Assembly (NCBI GenBank): GCA_964291675.2
Contig: OZ219865.1
Span: 960,001 to 1,024,000, forward strand
DNA: 64,000 nucleotides
Source: Alphaproteobacteria bacterium
GTDB taxonomy: Bacteria > Pseudomonadota > Alphaproteobacteria > MPNO01
Direction: 5' to 3'
A program made the position numbers and the translations under genes. Of the stretch, positions 63,799 to 64,000 are shown piece by piece; position 1 is the first letter of the stretch; each line of letters begins with the position of its first letter. The notes beneath the pieces were generated by a model, which was not told the origin of the DNA, searched no databases, and saw only the letters and a list, made by a program, of their open reading frames with translations.

Positions 63799-64000
63799 CC
63801 GAAACCCTGCCGCCGCTGCGCGAGGTCATCGCCCGCCACGGCATCGGCGCAAGGCGCAGCCTGGGCCAGCACTTCCTGCTCGATCCGAACCTCGCGCGGC
63901 GCATCGTGCGCGCCGCCGGCGATCTCGGCGGGCAGACCGTGGTCGAGATCGGCCCCGGGCCGGGCGGGCTGACCCGCGCCTTGCTGGAGACGGGCGCGGC
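63795..64000 (+). CDS. rsmA: 16S rRNA dimethyltransferase (partial)
   Basis: LPPLREVI...[11 protein letters not shown]...[10 protein letters not shown]; TTGA overlap with pdxA stop. Confidence 0.95.
   Translation, partial: MTETLPPLREVIARHGIGARRSLGQHFLLDPNLARRIVRAAGDLGGQTVVEIGPGPGGLTRALLETGA

Overview
High-GC Alphaproteobacterial (Rhodospirillales-like, inferred from gene order) chromosomal segment. The core backbone is pntA1/A2, tRNA-Ala(CGC), yggT-folD, argG-rlmN, gatCAB, ruvX, plsY-dprA-topA-rnr-rpmG, aspS/rnd, hda-AI2E-pgsA-like-DUF2066, purMN, a 42-aa cytochrome oxidase subunit IV, ndk, holC-pepA and surA-pdxA-rsmA. Accessory blocks are: (i) 1.5-14 kb, catabolic genes (SDR, cyclase, HisD/HpsN-like dehydrogenase, deaminase, fumarylacetoacetase, TmoXWV-like ABC transporter) with a hicBA pair; (ii) a decayed ~4.4-kb island at the tRNA-Ala 3' end, bounded by 81-bp direct repeats and carrying an integrase pseudogene, a LuxR-type regulator and an intact IS256 with an 8-bp target duplication; (iii) small genes separated by palindromic REP/MITE-like repeats (23-26 kb); (iv) a ~12-kb block where pyrB-pyrC normally lie, with two adenosine-deaminase-family genes, an ABC transporter, a sulfatase, an LLM oxidoreductase/flavin reductase pair, and a Tag/HhH-like DNA glycosylase apparently fused to an antitoxin tail and translationally coupled to a PIN nuclease. 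That glycosylase/PIN pair is the best candidate for an undescribed system. Also notable: lptF-lptG-lptD are absent from their usual pepA-surA position. All family assignments come from motif recognition by eye; no database searches were run.
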